Shown: piece by piece, positions 53,691-64,000 of the stretch
Numbering within the stretch: position 1 is the first letter of the stretch
How the letters are laid out: each line of letters opens with the position of its first letter
DNA from: Dendrobates tinctorius
Taxonomy: Eukaryota
Direction: 5' to 3'
Assembly (NCBI RefSeq): GCF_039654945.1
Contig: NW_027361708.1
Coordinates: 33,232,001 to 33,296,000, forward strand
DNA: 64,000 bases
The notes under the pieces: model-generated
The model's input: the letters and a program-made list of their open reading frames with translations, nothing else
Database searches by the model: none
Told to the model about the DNA's origin: nothing
Translations under genes and position numbers: made by a program

Positions 53691-53739
53691 TTCTGTTTCT
53701 GATGAAGGTCAATTGTATGACCGAAAACGTTTAAAGAAG
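53691..53739 (+). ncRNA. Minimal type I hammerhead ribozyme
   Basis: ttctgttt-CTGATGA-a-GGTCA-attgta-TGACC-GAAA-acgttt-aaagaag: intact core boxes, 5-bp stem II, palindromic stem III (AACGTT), weak stem I. Confidence 0.8.
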
Positions 53740-54176
53740 TAAAAGAAGTATTTTTAACTGGATGCCTTTTACAATAAAGGAACTGTCAAATCAATTTTTC
53801 TTTTGAGTGCCAAGTTTTTGTACTACATTGTTAGTTGGCTGGATACCCGACTTGTGCACCTCCCTCCATCCACACTGAGTGCCATGTTTTTTCTATTCTG
53901 TAGGGAGAGCGTTAGGCAGGGAAGAAGACTCCAAAAACTGCTTCTGCTGCTAGCGATTTTGCCTGTACAACACACCAGTCACTGTGTGTGCAGTGCAAGT
54001 GGAGGCTATATTTTGCTGGATCAGCTGTGTTGGTTGTTAGGCTGCCTTATAAGGCTTCCTAATAGCTGCATTGCTGTTTTCCCACTGCTCTGCAAACTGC
54101 TTTTTTAAAAGCAATCCAAATTTTTTTTTTCATCCTGGTGAGGTACTGAGCATGCATTTTTTCACACCATACAGCA

Positions 54177-54820
54177 GTGTACGCTCCTCACACAGTACCG
54201 TGTAACGGCTGTTATCACGGCCACAGTGAAGTTATCTGTGTGTCACTCTGTAAGAATAAGTCGAGGACATGTTCCGTTCTTACAGACCTACACCTTCTAG
54301 TTTTGTCTGCTTTGCAAACAGTTAAGTATATTTGCTGTTTGATCACATTCAAAACTATAGAGAAACAGCGTGTGTCAGTCCGTATACTTAAAAAACACGG
54401 AGCTTGACAATTTTACTGACACCGGACAGCGGTGTACGTGCACGCTCCTCTCTCAGTACCGTGTAACGGCTGTTATCACGGCCACAGCGAAGCTATCTGT
54501 GTGTCACCCTGTAAGAATAAGTCGAGGACATGTTCCGTTCTTACAGACCTACACCTTCTAGTTTTGTCTGCTTTTCAAACAGTTAAGTATATTTGCTGTT
54601 TGATCACATTCAAAACTATAGAGAGACAGTGTGTGTCAGTCCGTATACTTAAGAAACACAGAGCTTGACAATTTTACGGACACCGGACAGCGGTGTACGT
54701 GCACGCTCCTCTCTCAGTACCGTGTAACGGCTGTTATCACGGCCACAGCGAAGCTATCTGTATGTCACTCTGTAAGGATAAGTCGAGGACATGTTCGCTT
54801 CTTACAGACCTACACTCTAG
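54177..54820. repeat. 261-bp tandem repeat, about 2.5 copies
   Basis: cagtaccgtgtaacggc at 54193, 54454 and 54715. Confidence 0.95.
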
Positions 54821-54885
54821 GGAGATTCCTATTCTGCCCAATTCTATATACACCTTGTAGTTTGTCATACACTAGCCAATTTCTG

Positions 54886-55446
54886 CCTGTGACATAGCGG
54901 TGTGATTTTAACTGGACCTCACACAATCCAACAGTGTACACAAGTGTGTTCAGAAATTCTACATCTCCCCTGTCCTATTATGACATTTTTCACACCTGCG
55001 ACATTGAGCCTGTGACATAGCGGTGTGATATTAACTGGGCCTCACACAACAGTGTCCACAAGTGTGTTCAGAAATTCTACATCTCCCCTGTCCTATAGTG
55101 ACATTTTTCACACCTGCGACATTGAGCCTGTGACATAGCGGTGTGATATTAACTGGGCCTCACACAACAGTGTCCACAAGTGTGTTCAGAAATTCTACAT
55201 CTCCCCTGTCCTATAGTGACATTTTTCACACCTGCGACATTGAGCCTGTGACATAGCGGTGTGATATTAACTGGGCCTCACACAACAGTGTCCACAAGTG
55301 TGTTCAGAAATTCTACATCTCCCCTGTCCTATTTTCACACTTGCGACATTGAGCCTGTGACATAGTGGTGTGATATTAACTGGGCCTCACACAATCCAAC
55401 AGTGTCCACAAGTGTGTTCAGAAATTCGACGTCTCCCCTGTCCTAT
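54886..55446. repeat. ~118-123-bp tandem repeat, 5 units
   Basis: cctgtgacatag at 54886, 55009, 55127, 55245 and 55354. Confidence 0.95.
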
Positions 55447-57063
55447 ATACACCTTGTACCTTGTTTTACATTACTATATAGTTTGTGGGATTTTGTGTAC
55501 ATTTTTGCCAAAAATGAAGGCTGGTGGAAGAGGCCATGGAATTGGGCGGGGGTTGCCAGCTGGTAATAATGGTGTTGGTGGTGGATCTGATGGTAGTGGC
55601 CAAAGCAAAATAGGACCGAATGCAGGAGGTGTTGAGCCTGCGTCATCGTCTGGCTCCACAAGGCCTCGAAGGCTTAGTTTTCTAGGAGTTGGCAAACCGC
55701 TTTTATAGCCAGAGCATCAGGAAAAAGTTTTGGCTTACATTGCTGACTCAGCCTCCAGCTCTATCGCCTCCTCTTCTGAAGTTGTTAAAAAATAAAAGCA
55801 CTGAGTCGTCATTGGAGGGTCATGTTCATGAACCACACCTTTCCTTGTGTCCTTCACCCCAACCAAGATTGAAGGATGACGCAGGCCATACAGCTGATTA
55901 CTCCATGGAGCTGTTTTCACATACCATGCCTGGGTTATCAAGTGAAATGGTGAATTACCCAGGCCAAGATGAATCTGACATGGAGTGCACTGATGCACAG
56001 CCACTGATAGATGATTCTGCTGGTACATTCAGTCAGAGCACTACATTGTCCTCGCAGTGTAATGAGCCATTTATTCGGACTCCCATGACAGCACCACGAG
56101 AGAGGGGATCCGCCCTTCGGGAACAGGAAACCTACAGATACAAAAAGGGCGGCACCTCTCCCATGCATCAGTTGGTTTCCTGTTCCTGAGGGGACGGGAT
56201 TCTGCAGATGACCGGATCCCAGGCCGGCCGGCCGGTACAGGTAGCGAGGGGGTCTCCTACCTCGGCCTGGTGCGGAGCTCCTGGAAGACGTCACGGTGGC
56301 CCAGGATGGGTGGCACGGCGGTGGTGTAGACAGCAGGGAGCGGCGTCCGGAGGAGGTCCGTCTCCATAAGCAGACCGCGCCGGTGAGTATACCCCCTGGG
56401 ACTCCCAACTCCAGCGGCGCGATTGCGGTGGTCGGGGGGGGCCGGCGCGCGCTCCTTAGTGCAGTGCCCGGGGCATCCCGCGTGACTTCCGGTCACGTCG
56501 GAGTCGCGGTGACGTCAGGGGGCGGAGCCTCGGGGCGCTTCCGGGTCGGCGGTGCCACTGCGCAGGCGCGGAGACCCAAGATGGCGGCGCCCATCGGGAG
56601 GACGCCGGTAAGCGCCGGTTCACCTGCCGAAAGCGGCGCCAGCTGGGGAAGGGGGCCCTATTAGGGGGGGCGTGGCAGGAGGATATCTGCTGTCCGGAGG
56701 AGGGGTATATAGGCAGGACCCTAGATGGGTGCCTTGCCTTGGCCACATTATTGCAAGCCAGTAATGGAGAGCGAGCAGCAGCAGCAAAAGCAGCAGCAGC
56801 AGCAAAAGCAGCAGCAACAGCGGCAACAGCGACAATCTTCACTCGCCCCCTTAGGCAGGTCAAACAGAAGAAGAAAGAGGCCCGTGGTAGTAAGGAGCGT
56901 CCGGGACGAAGTGACCAGTCCAGTCGTAAGAGCTCCGCTAGGCGGACAGGAGCATCGACTGAGAAAAATCCCCCTCATTCTCCGGTACTTGATTGTGGCA
57001 CTGGTAAGTGATCTTCGTGAATGTTCACTCAGTGACGGGGCCTCCTTCTGTGTTTTATTCTAG

Positions 57064-58277
57064 GGGAAGAAAGCTACGAGTAAAACCAGACACAGGGAAT
57101 GTGCACTCTGTGCATGCCCGTTACCAGATTCATGCCCCAAAAAGTTATGTCCCCCCTGTATCCAGCAGACAGTGGCGGAGGAATCGCCTGCAGTAGCGGC
57201 GTGTTTAAGGGATATAGTAAGGGCAGAGATGAAGGAAACCTTAAGATCCCTGTCCCAACCAGAGAGTGTAAGGGGTGAGGACCCGGTGGAGTCGGATTCC
57301 TCGACAGAGTGGAGGAGAAGTAAGGGCTCCCATATTTCATCTCCCTCGTCCTCCTCAGAAGAAGAGGACTCTGGTCGGTTTTGCCTGCCGCTCGACCGAG
57401 TAGACAAATTGGTAAAAGCGGTCAGAGGAACAATGGAGGTGGAGGAGCCGAAGCCTCAATTATCCATGCAGGATGTGATGTTCGGGGGGCTGGAGCAGAG
57501 GAAGCGTAGGGTCTTCCCACTAAACGAAAAGATCCAGGATCTCATCCGCAGAGAGGGGAAAAAGCCAGATAAAAGAGGGTCGTTACCACCAGCCCTCAAG
57601 CGGAGATATCCCTTTGACGACACAGCAATGAATACTTGGGACAAGGCCCCCAAATTAGATGCAGCTATTGCGAAAGCATCGAAAAAATCCTCGTTACCCT
57701 TTGAGGACATGGGGTCCCTTAAAAATCCTCTAGACAGGAAGGCAGACACCTTCCTTAAAAATACCTGGGAGATGGCAGCCGGTTCCTTAAGACCAGCAGT
57801 AGCATCGACTTGCACGGCCAGGTCCATGATGGTCTGGTTGGACCAGTTAGAGGGGCCCTTCCAATAATCCAGGATGGCGCAGCCTTCCTAGCGGATGCCT
57901 CGGCTGATGCAGTCAGAATGGCTGCCAGGGCAGCAGGACTCTCTAATGCGGCTCGGAGAGCCCTGTGGCTGAAGTGCTGGCCGGGAGATATTCAGTCCAG
58001 GGCGAAACTCTGTACTATCCTGTGTGAGGGGGAATATTTATTCGGAGCAGTCCTGGACGAATTACTGGAGAAGGCCGGGGATGATAAAAAGAAATTCCCA
58101 AACCTTTGGGCCGCATCTTACCGTTGTCCATTTAATAGGAGGAGATTCGGTCAAGGGAGAAGACGTAACCCTTCACCTAATAGAGACTGTCCCAGATGGG
58201 AGGATAGAAGGAGAAGAGGTACGGGCTTCATGTTCAGACGCTCGTCGAGAGAGCGTAAAAGACAAACCAATGACTAG
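57064..58277 (+). pseudogene. DIRS gag-like ORF1 with an N-terminal CxxC...CxxC motif; frameshift/deletion near 57860
   Basis: GKKATSKTRHRECALC..KKLCPPC upstream of and in frame with 57172; KRRYPF..WDKAPKLDAAI..LKNPLDRK; the second half AARRALWLKCW..GEYLFG is in another frame. Confidence 0.8.
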
Positions 58278-58284
58278 CAATTCC

Positions 58285-60166
58285 CATGGGGGGTAGATTG
58301 TCATCCTTCCTCCCAGCATGGCTACAGGTCACCAATAGTGACTGGGTGCGGAATGTGATATCTACCGGACTTAGGTTGGAGTTCACTCAAGTCCCACGGG
58401 ATACCTTTAAACCAACACCCTTAAGGTCTTCACCCTTCGAGCAAGCGGCTTAAGAAGCAAAGGTCTTAAACCTGTGTCTAAAAAACGTTCTGATAGAGGT
58501 TCCAGAGTCTGAGAGAGGAAGAGGATTCTACTCTCCCTTATTCCTAATCCAAAAGCCGGATAAAACATTCAGAACGATTATTAATTTACGTTTCCTTAAT
58601 GAATTTTTGGTTAAACGCACCTTTAAAATGGAATCCATTAGTTCTACAATAAAGATGCTGTTTGAAGGGTGTTTTATGGCGGTAGTGGACTTAAAAGACG
58701 CATACTATCATGTGCCTATCCACGTAGATTTCCAGCAGTTCCTGAGAGTGGCGGTATCAATAGACGGTATAATCTGTCATTATCAATATAGAGCCCTTCC
58801 CTTTGGTCTCTCATCAGCGCCCCGGGTATTTACAAAAATAGTGGCCGAGGTTATGGCTCATTTACGGGAAGTTGACATCTTAGTTATCCCATACTTGGAT
58901 GATTTTTTGATTGTGGGAAATTCAGTGGACCATTGTCTATCTCAGATTAAAAAAGCTAAATCCAGATTAGAGAACCTCGGATGGATTATAAATTACGAAA
59001 AGTCCCGATTTCAGCCCTTAAAGGTCCAGAAGTTTCTAGGCTTGCTGTTAAATTCAGAAACCCAGCAGTGTCTGTTACCCGTAGATAAATTAAAGCAGAT
59101 ACAGCAGCAGGTTCTTCGGGCAATCGATAGACCCTCCATGACCCTCAGGCAGGCCATGTCCCTGTTAGGTTCCCTAACCTCATGTATCCCAGCGGTCAAG
59201 TGGGCACAGTTCCACACTAGGGCCCTTCAGAATGACGTCCTGGTTAATAGCAGAACCTTAGAGGGCTTCTTGCAGGGTCAGGTAATGCTAAGCCCCTCAA
59301 CTATTACATCTCTTAGGTGGTGGCTCGATGTCGGAAATTTAGCCTCGGGGGTGCCCTGAGTGGTACAGATAACCCGCGTAATAACCACAGACGCTAGTCC
59401 TTGGGGTTGGGGGGCCCATATGGGGGACATAGTGGTACAGGGACAGTGGAACTCCGATGCTGAGATCTCATCTAACCAGAGGGAGCTGCTGGCGATTGAA
59501 TTGGTCATTAAAAAACTCATTATGTATCTACAGGGCCATCATGTGAGGATACTTTTGGACAACTAGGTAGCGGTAGCCTATGTCAACCACCAAGGTGGAA
59601 CTCGCTCCAACGCCCTGATGCGGATAACGGAACGTCTCCTTCAGATAGCAGAGAAACATTTTCTATCTTTAACCGCGCTCCACATCAACGGAAAAGACAA
59701 CGTGAAGGCAGACTTTCTAAGCCGCAGGGCCCTAAGGCAGGGAGAATGGGCCTTAAACTCAGACATCTACAATCAGATTGTCCGCAAATGGGGTTGACCG
59801 GAGGTGGACCTCTTTGCCACCAAGGAAAACAGGAAGGAAAAAACTTTCTGTTCCCTAAATCCCAGGGAAAATCCACTGGCAGTGGACGCCCTCCTAATAA
59901 AATGGGACTTTTCGCTGGCTTACGCCTTTCCGCCTTTGAACCTTCTACCTCTGGTAGTGAGGAAGATCAGGGAAGACGGGGCAAGAGTCATATTGATTGC
60001 CCCCTTCTGGCCCAGAAGGACCTGGTTTGCATGGTTGAGGACCATGTCAGTAGGCGATCCTTGGGTACTGCCGAACCTTCCAGATCTCCTCTACCAGGGG
60101 CCAGTCAACCACCCACAAGTAGCGGGACTCCATTTGATGGCATGGTGTTTGAGAGGACACTATTGA
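58285..60166 (+). pseudogene. DIRS pol: RT, RNase H and Dam-like methyltransferase domain in one frame with four stops
   Basis: DLKDAYYH, LPFGLSSAP, YLDD; TTDASPWGWG, RELLAI, NVKADFLSR; DLFATKEN..YAFPP; stops at 58451, 59357, 59564 and 59795. Confidence 0.92.
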
Positions 60167-61176
60167 GGGATAGAGGGTTCTCAGAAAATGTAATCAATAC
60201 ACTCCTAAAAAGTAGGAAACAAACCACCACAGGTATATATGCTAGAACCTGGAGGCGATTCCTGTCCACCTGTGAGTTTAATATCAGGGATGGAATACCT
60301 GTAAAACAGATCCTAGAATTCCTCCAGAGGGGTCTCGAGTTGGGCCTTTCCACTAGCACATTGAAAGTGCAAGTTTCAGCTTTAGGGGCCCTATTTGCAT
60401 GCAACATTGCCGGTAACCATTGGGTAGCGAGATTCATTAAGGCAGTTACCAGATCAAGACCCATACTCAAAGATAGGTGTATGCCTTGGGACTTAAATTT
60501 AGTCCTGACAGCCATGACAGAGAAACCGTTTGAACCTCTGGATTCTGCTTCACTAAAGATGATATCACTTAAGACAGCCTTTTTGGTAGCAATAACATCT
60601 GCACGTAGAATAGGCGACATACAGGCACTTTCCAGATTACCTCCATACACAGAATTCTTACAGGATAGAGTAATCCTAGGGCCAGACCCGGCATACCTTC
60701 CCAAGGTAGCATCTCATTTTCATAGGACACAAGAGATAGTTCTACTTTCCTTCCTCCCTAATCCAACCAATCCTAAAGAACAAAGACTTCAGACTCTAGA
60801 TGTTAAGAGATGCCTACTTAAATATTTAGCAACCACAGATCCTTGGAGGAAGGAGAACACATTATTTTTATCCTTCCAAGGCCCCAGGAAAGGGTATAGA
60901 GTGTCAAAGCGCATGTTAGCAAGGTGGATTAGGGAGGCTATCTCTCTTGCCTACACAGCAGGTGGCAGGCCGGCTCCACAGAACCTGAGGGCGCATTCCA
61001 CCCGTGCCATGGCATCATCCTGGGCAGAGAGATCGGGAGTATCAATTGACCAGATATGTAAGGCGGCCACCTGGTCATCTCCTTCTACCTTTTTTAACCA
61101 CTATCGGTTAGACATGGGTGCCTCCTCAGATCTCACCTTCGGGCTAAGGGTGCTGCAGGCTGTAGTCCCTCCCTAA
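59746..61176 (+). CDS. DIRS tyrosine recombinase (open frame; recognisable domain starts ~60140, true start uncertain)
   Basis: PWDLNLVL, TSARRIGD, AHSTR, WSSPSTFFNHY give the catalytic R, HxxR, W and Y residues; overlaps the end of pol. Confidence 0.92.
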   Translation: MGLKLRHLQSDCPQMGLTGGGPLCHQGKQEGKNFLFPKSQGKSTGSGRPPNKMGLFAGLRLSAFEPSTSGSEEDQGRRGKSHIDCPLLAQKDLVCMVEDHVSRRSLGTAEPSRSPLPGASQPPTSSGTPFDGMVFERTLLRDRGFSENVINTLLKSRKQTTTGIYARTWRRFLSTCEFNIRDGIPVKQILEFLQRGLELGLSTSTLKVQVSALGALFACNIAGNHWVARFIKAVTRSRPILKDRCMPWDLNLVLTAMTEKPFEPLDSASLKMISLKTAFLVAITSARRIGDIQALSRLPPYTEFLQDRVILGPDPAYLPKVASHFHRTQEIVLLSFLPNPTNPKEQRLQTLDVKRCLLKYLATTDPWRKENTLFLSFQGPRKGYRVSKRMLARWIREAISLAYTAGGRPAPQNLRAHSTRAMASSWAERSGVSIDQICKAATWSSPSTFFNHYRLDMGASSDLTFGLRVLQAVVPP

Positions 61177-61198
61177 TTTAGTTTACATCTCTGTAATT

Positions 61199-61284
61199 CT
61201 CTCGTGGTGCTGTCATGGGAGTCCAAATAAAGTATTAAGTTACGTACCGGTAACGGTATTTTTCGGAAGCCCATGACAGCACCC
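61199..61284. other. DIRS internal complementary region
   Basis: 61199-61231 is the reverse complement (one mismatch) of the left terminus 56070-56102, followed by ttttcggaagcccatgacagcaccc. Confidence 0.85.
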
Positions 61285-61492
61285 TTAGTTCCCTCCCTTG
61301 TTCACGTAGAAGGGTGCACCCCTTTAGAGGATTGTTTTTGCGAGTTCACCTTATGTGGGAGATTGTTTAAAGAATTGTAAATAGGATAGATAGGTTGTAT
61401 ATATTGTGTATATGCGGTGTACTAACCATGGTAGCCTCTCAAGCTCTGTAATCCAACTGAAGCGTGGGAGGGGTGCTGCCCTTTTTGTATCT

Positions 61493-64000
61493 GAGGAACT
61501 GTAATTGAAAATACCATATATCATTATTAAAGAATCGCTGTCATAAGTAGGCACTATTCAGTACTGGGTATATTCATTAATAATGTGGAGAAACAGACGT
61601 CTGGGAAACAGCAGCTACCATTCATGTAGGAAATCACCAGACCCACGGGTCTGTCCTGCCCAGGGAGGCAAGTGTGTCACAGGGAGAGTGAACGCGCTGT
61701 TCAGGAGAAGCACTGAGGGTGCAGAGGAATAGCGCTTGGTCTGTGGCTGGACGCATGTGCTGCTGGTATGAGAGGACAGACCATTTGGAGAATCACAGCA
61801 CCCAGTTGTGGACATTCATGCCTGTCACAAACAATACAGGATAGTTTCCTGAATAGATTACAGTACAAATTTCTGGACACCCACACCAATCATTGGATCT
61901 ACCGATCCCTGTATAACCCAAGGTGTCAAACCTGTGGGTCTGGTGATTTCCTACATGAATGGTAGCTGCTGCTTCCCAGACGTCTATTTCTCCACATTAT
62001 TAATGAATATACCCAGTACTGAATAGTGCCTACTTATGACAGCGATTCTTTAATAATGATATATGGAATTTTCCATTACAGTTCCTCTCAGTTAAAACCA
62101 ACTGTGAAAAAATTCTGTTTCTGATGAAGGTCAATTGTATGACCGAAAACGTTTAAAGAAGTAAAAGAAGTATATTTAACTGGATGCCTTTTACAATAAA
62201 GGAACTGTCAAATCAATTTTTCTTTTGAGTGCCAAGTTTTTGTACTACATTGTTAGTTGGCTGGATACCCGACTTGTGCACCTCCCTCCATCCACACTGA
62301 GTGCCATGTTTTTTCTATTCTGTAGGGAGAGCGTTAGGCAGGGAAGAAGACTCCAAAAACTGCTTCTGCTGCTAGCGATTTTGCCTGTACAACACACCAG
62401 TCACTGTGTGTGCAGTGCAAGTGGAGGCTATATTTTGCTGGATCAGCTGTGTTGGTTGTTAGGCTGCCTTATAAGGCTTCCTGATAGCTGCATTGCTGTT
62501 TTCCCACTGCTCTGCAAACTGCTTTTTTAAAAGCAATCCAAATTTTTTTTTCATCCTGGTGAGGTACTGAGCGTGCATTTTTTCACACCATACAGCAGTG
62601 TACGCTGCTCACACAGTACCGTGTAACGGCTGTTATCACGGCCACAGTGAAGCTATCTGTGTGTCACTCTGTAAGAATAAGTCGAGGACATGTTCCGTTC
62701 TTACAGACTTACACCTTCTAGTTTTGTCTGCTTTTCAAACAGTTAAGTATATTTGCTGTTTGATCACATTCAAAACTATAGAGAAACAGCGTGTGTCAGT
62801 CCGTATACTTAAAAAACACGGAGCTTGACAATTTTACTGACACCGGACAGCGGTGTACGTGCACGCTCCTCTCTCAGTACCGTGTAACGGCTGTTATCAC
62901 GGCCACAGCGAAGCTATCTGTGTGTCACCCTGTAAGAATAAGTCGAGGACATGTTCCGTTCTTACAGACTTACACCTTCTAGTTTTGTCTGCTTTTCAAA
63001 CAGTTAAGTATATTTGCTGTTTGATCACATTCAAAACTATAGAGAGACAGTGTGTGTCAGTCCGTATACTTAAAAAACACAGAGCTTGACAATTTTACGG
63101 ACACCGGACAGCGGTGTACGTGCACGCTCCTCTCTCAGTACCGTGTAACGGCTGTTATCACGGCCACAGCGAAGCTATCTGTATGTCACTCTGTAAGGAT
63201 AAGTCGAGGACATGTTCGCTTCTTACAGACCTACACTCTAGGGAGATTCCTATTCTGCCCAATTCTATATACACCTTGTAGTTTGTCATACACTAGCCAA
63301 TTTCTGCCTGTGACATAGCGGTGTGATATTAACTGGACCTCACACAATCCAACAGTGTCCACAAGTGTGTTCAGAAATTCTACATCTCCCCTGTCCTATA
63401 GTGACATTTTTCACACCTACGACATTGAGCCTGTGACATAGCGGTGTGATATTAACTGGGCCTCACACAACAGTGTCCACAAGTGTGTTCAGAAATTCTA
63501 AATCTCCCCTGTCCTATAGTGACATTTTTCACACCTGCGACATTGAGCCTGTGACATAGCGGTGTGATATTAACTGGGCCTCACACAATCGAACAGTGTC
63601 CACAAGTGTGTTCAGAAATTCTACATCTCCCCTGTCCTATAGTGACATTTTTCACACCTACGACATTGAGCCTGTGACATAGCGGTGTGATATTAACTGG
63701 GCCTCACACAACAGTGTCCACAAGTGTGTTCAGAAATTCTAAATCTCCCCTGTCCTATAGTGACATTTTTCACACCTGCGACATTGAGCCTGTGACATAG
63801 CGGTGTGATATTAACTGGGCCTCACACAACAGTGTCCACAAGTGTGTTCAGAAATTCTACATCTCCCCTGTCCTATTTTCACACCTGCGACATTGAGCCT
63901 GTGACATAGCGGTGTGATATTAACTGGGCCTCACACAATCCAACAGTGTCCACAAGTGTGTTCAGAAATTCAACGTCTCCCCTGTCCTATATACACCTTG
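61493..64000 (+). repeat. Direct duplication of 53071-55456 (offset 8422), running off the window
   Basis: Near-identical sequence and ORF translations; has 6 rather than 5 units of the ~120-bp repeat. Confidence 0.97.
62113..62161 (+). ncRNA. Minimal hammerhead ribozyme (duplicated copy)
   Basis: Identical to 53691-53739; CTGATGA at 62121-62127. Confidence 0.8.

Larger units (their letters stand above)
52923..53894. mobile_element. Non-coding Penelope-derived cassette with ~300-bp inverted arms and a 16-bp TSD
   Basis: Arms 52922-~53230 and ~53506-53814 are near-perfect reverse complements; attctgtagggagagc flanks the insert at 52907-52922 and 53895-53910; each arm carries an HHR and an AATAAA in its own orientation. 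Confidence 0.82.
52557..56069 (+). mobile_element. Left part of a large hAT-like element: terminus, TATA-like motif, tandem arrays and a decayed ORF start
   Basis: TAGAGTTGAGCGAA terminus; gtataaaaggg at 52831; G/S-rich ORF start at 55514 (MKAGGRGHGIGRG..KPLL*PEHQEKVLAYIADSASS); no catalytic domain in the window. Confidence 0.55.
56070..61493 (+). mobile_element. DIRS1-type tyrosine-recombinase retrotransposon, right terminus truncated
   Basis: Begins TTT; left ITR segment 56135-56174 mirrored at 61454-61492; internal complementary region (ICR) at 61199-61284; gag, RT/RNase H/methyltransferase and tyrosine recombinase ORFs. Confidence 0.95.

Noticed and set aside
54478-54560. ggccacagcgaagc resembles the start of the CPEB3 HDV-like ribozyme
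   Set aside because: I could not build P1/P2/P3 or the C-GAA J4/2 strand; likely coincidental.
60105-60704. 199-aa antisense ORF and similar shadow ORFs over TE genes
   Set aside because: Antisense or alternate frames of transposon coding sequence with no independent support.

Overview
Repeat-dense vertebrate genomic DNA, most likely from a frog (inferred from the transposon families and the ENT3 sequence), with four assembly gaps (4721-4854, 17948-18207, 18740-18868, 38993-39120). The only host gene I can support is the 3' part of slc29a3 (ENT3) on the + strand: a 163-bp exon at 13229-13391 and the last coding exon at 24245-24878. Nearly everything else is mobile DNA. This includes many Tc1/mariner elements (an intact DD36E Incomer-type copy with a near-identical twin, and an intact DD34E copy), MITEs, two non-autonomous Helitrons, RTE and L2 LINE fragments, a V-SINE sharing the L2 tail, two solo LTRs with target-site duplications (TSDs), a decayed Gypsy element, a piggyBac-like element, and a DIRS1 retroelement nested in a hAT-like element. 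The most notable non-coding signal is a set of Penelope-type minimal hammerhead ribozyme (HHR) motifs. The best sits in a ~970-bp non-coding cassette with ~300-bp inverted arms (one HHR per strand) and a 16-bp TSD. That cassette is partly re-copied by an 8,422-bp-offset duplication whose breakpoint truncates the DIRS right end. All family calls come from motif recognition, not database searches.
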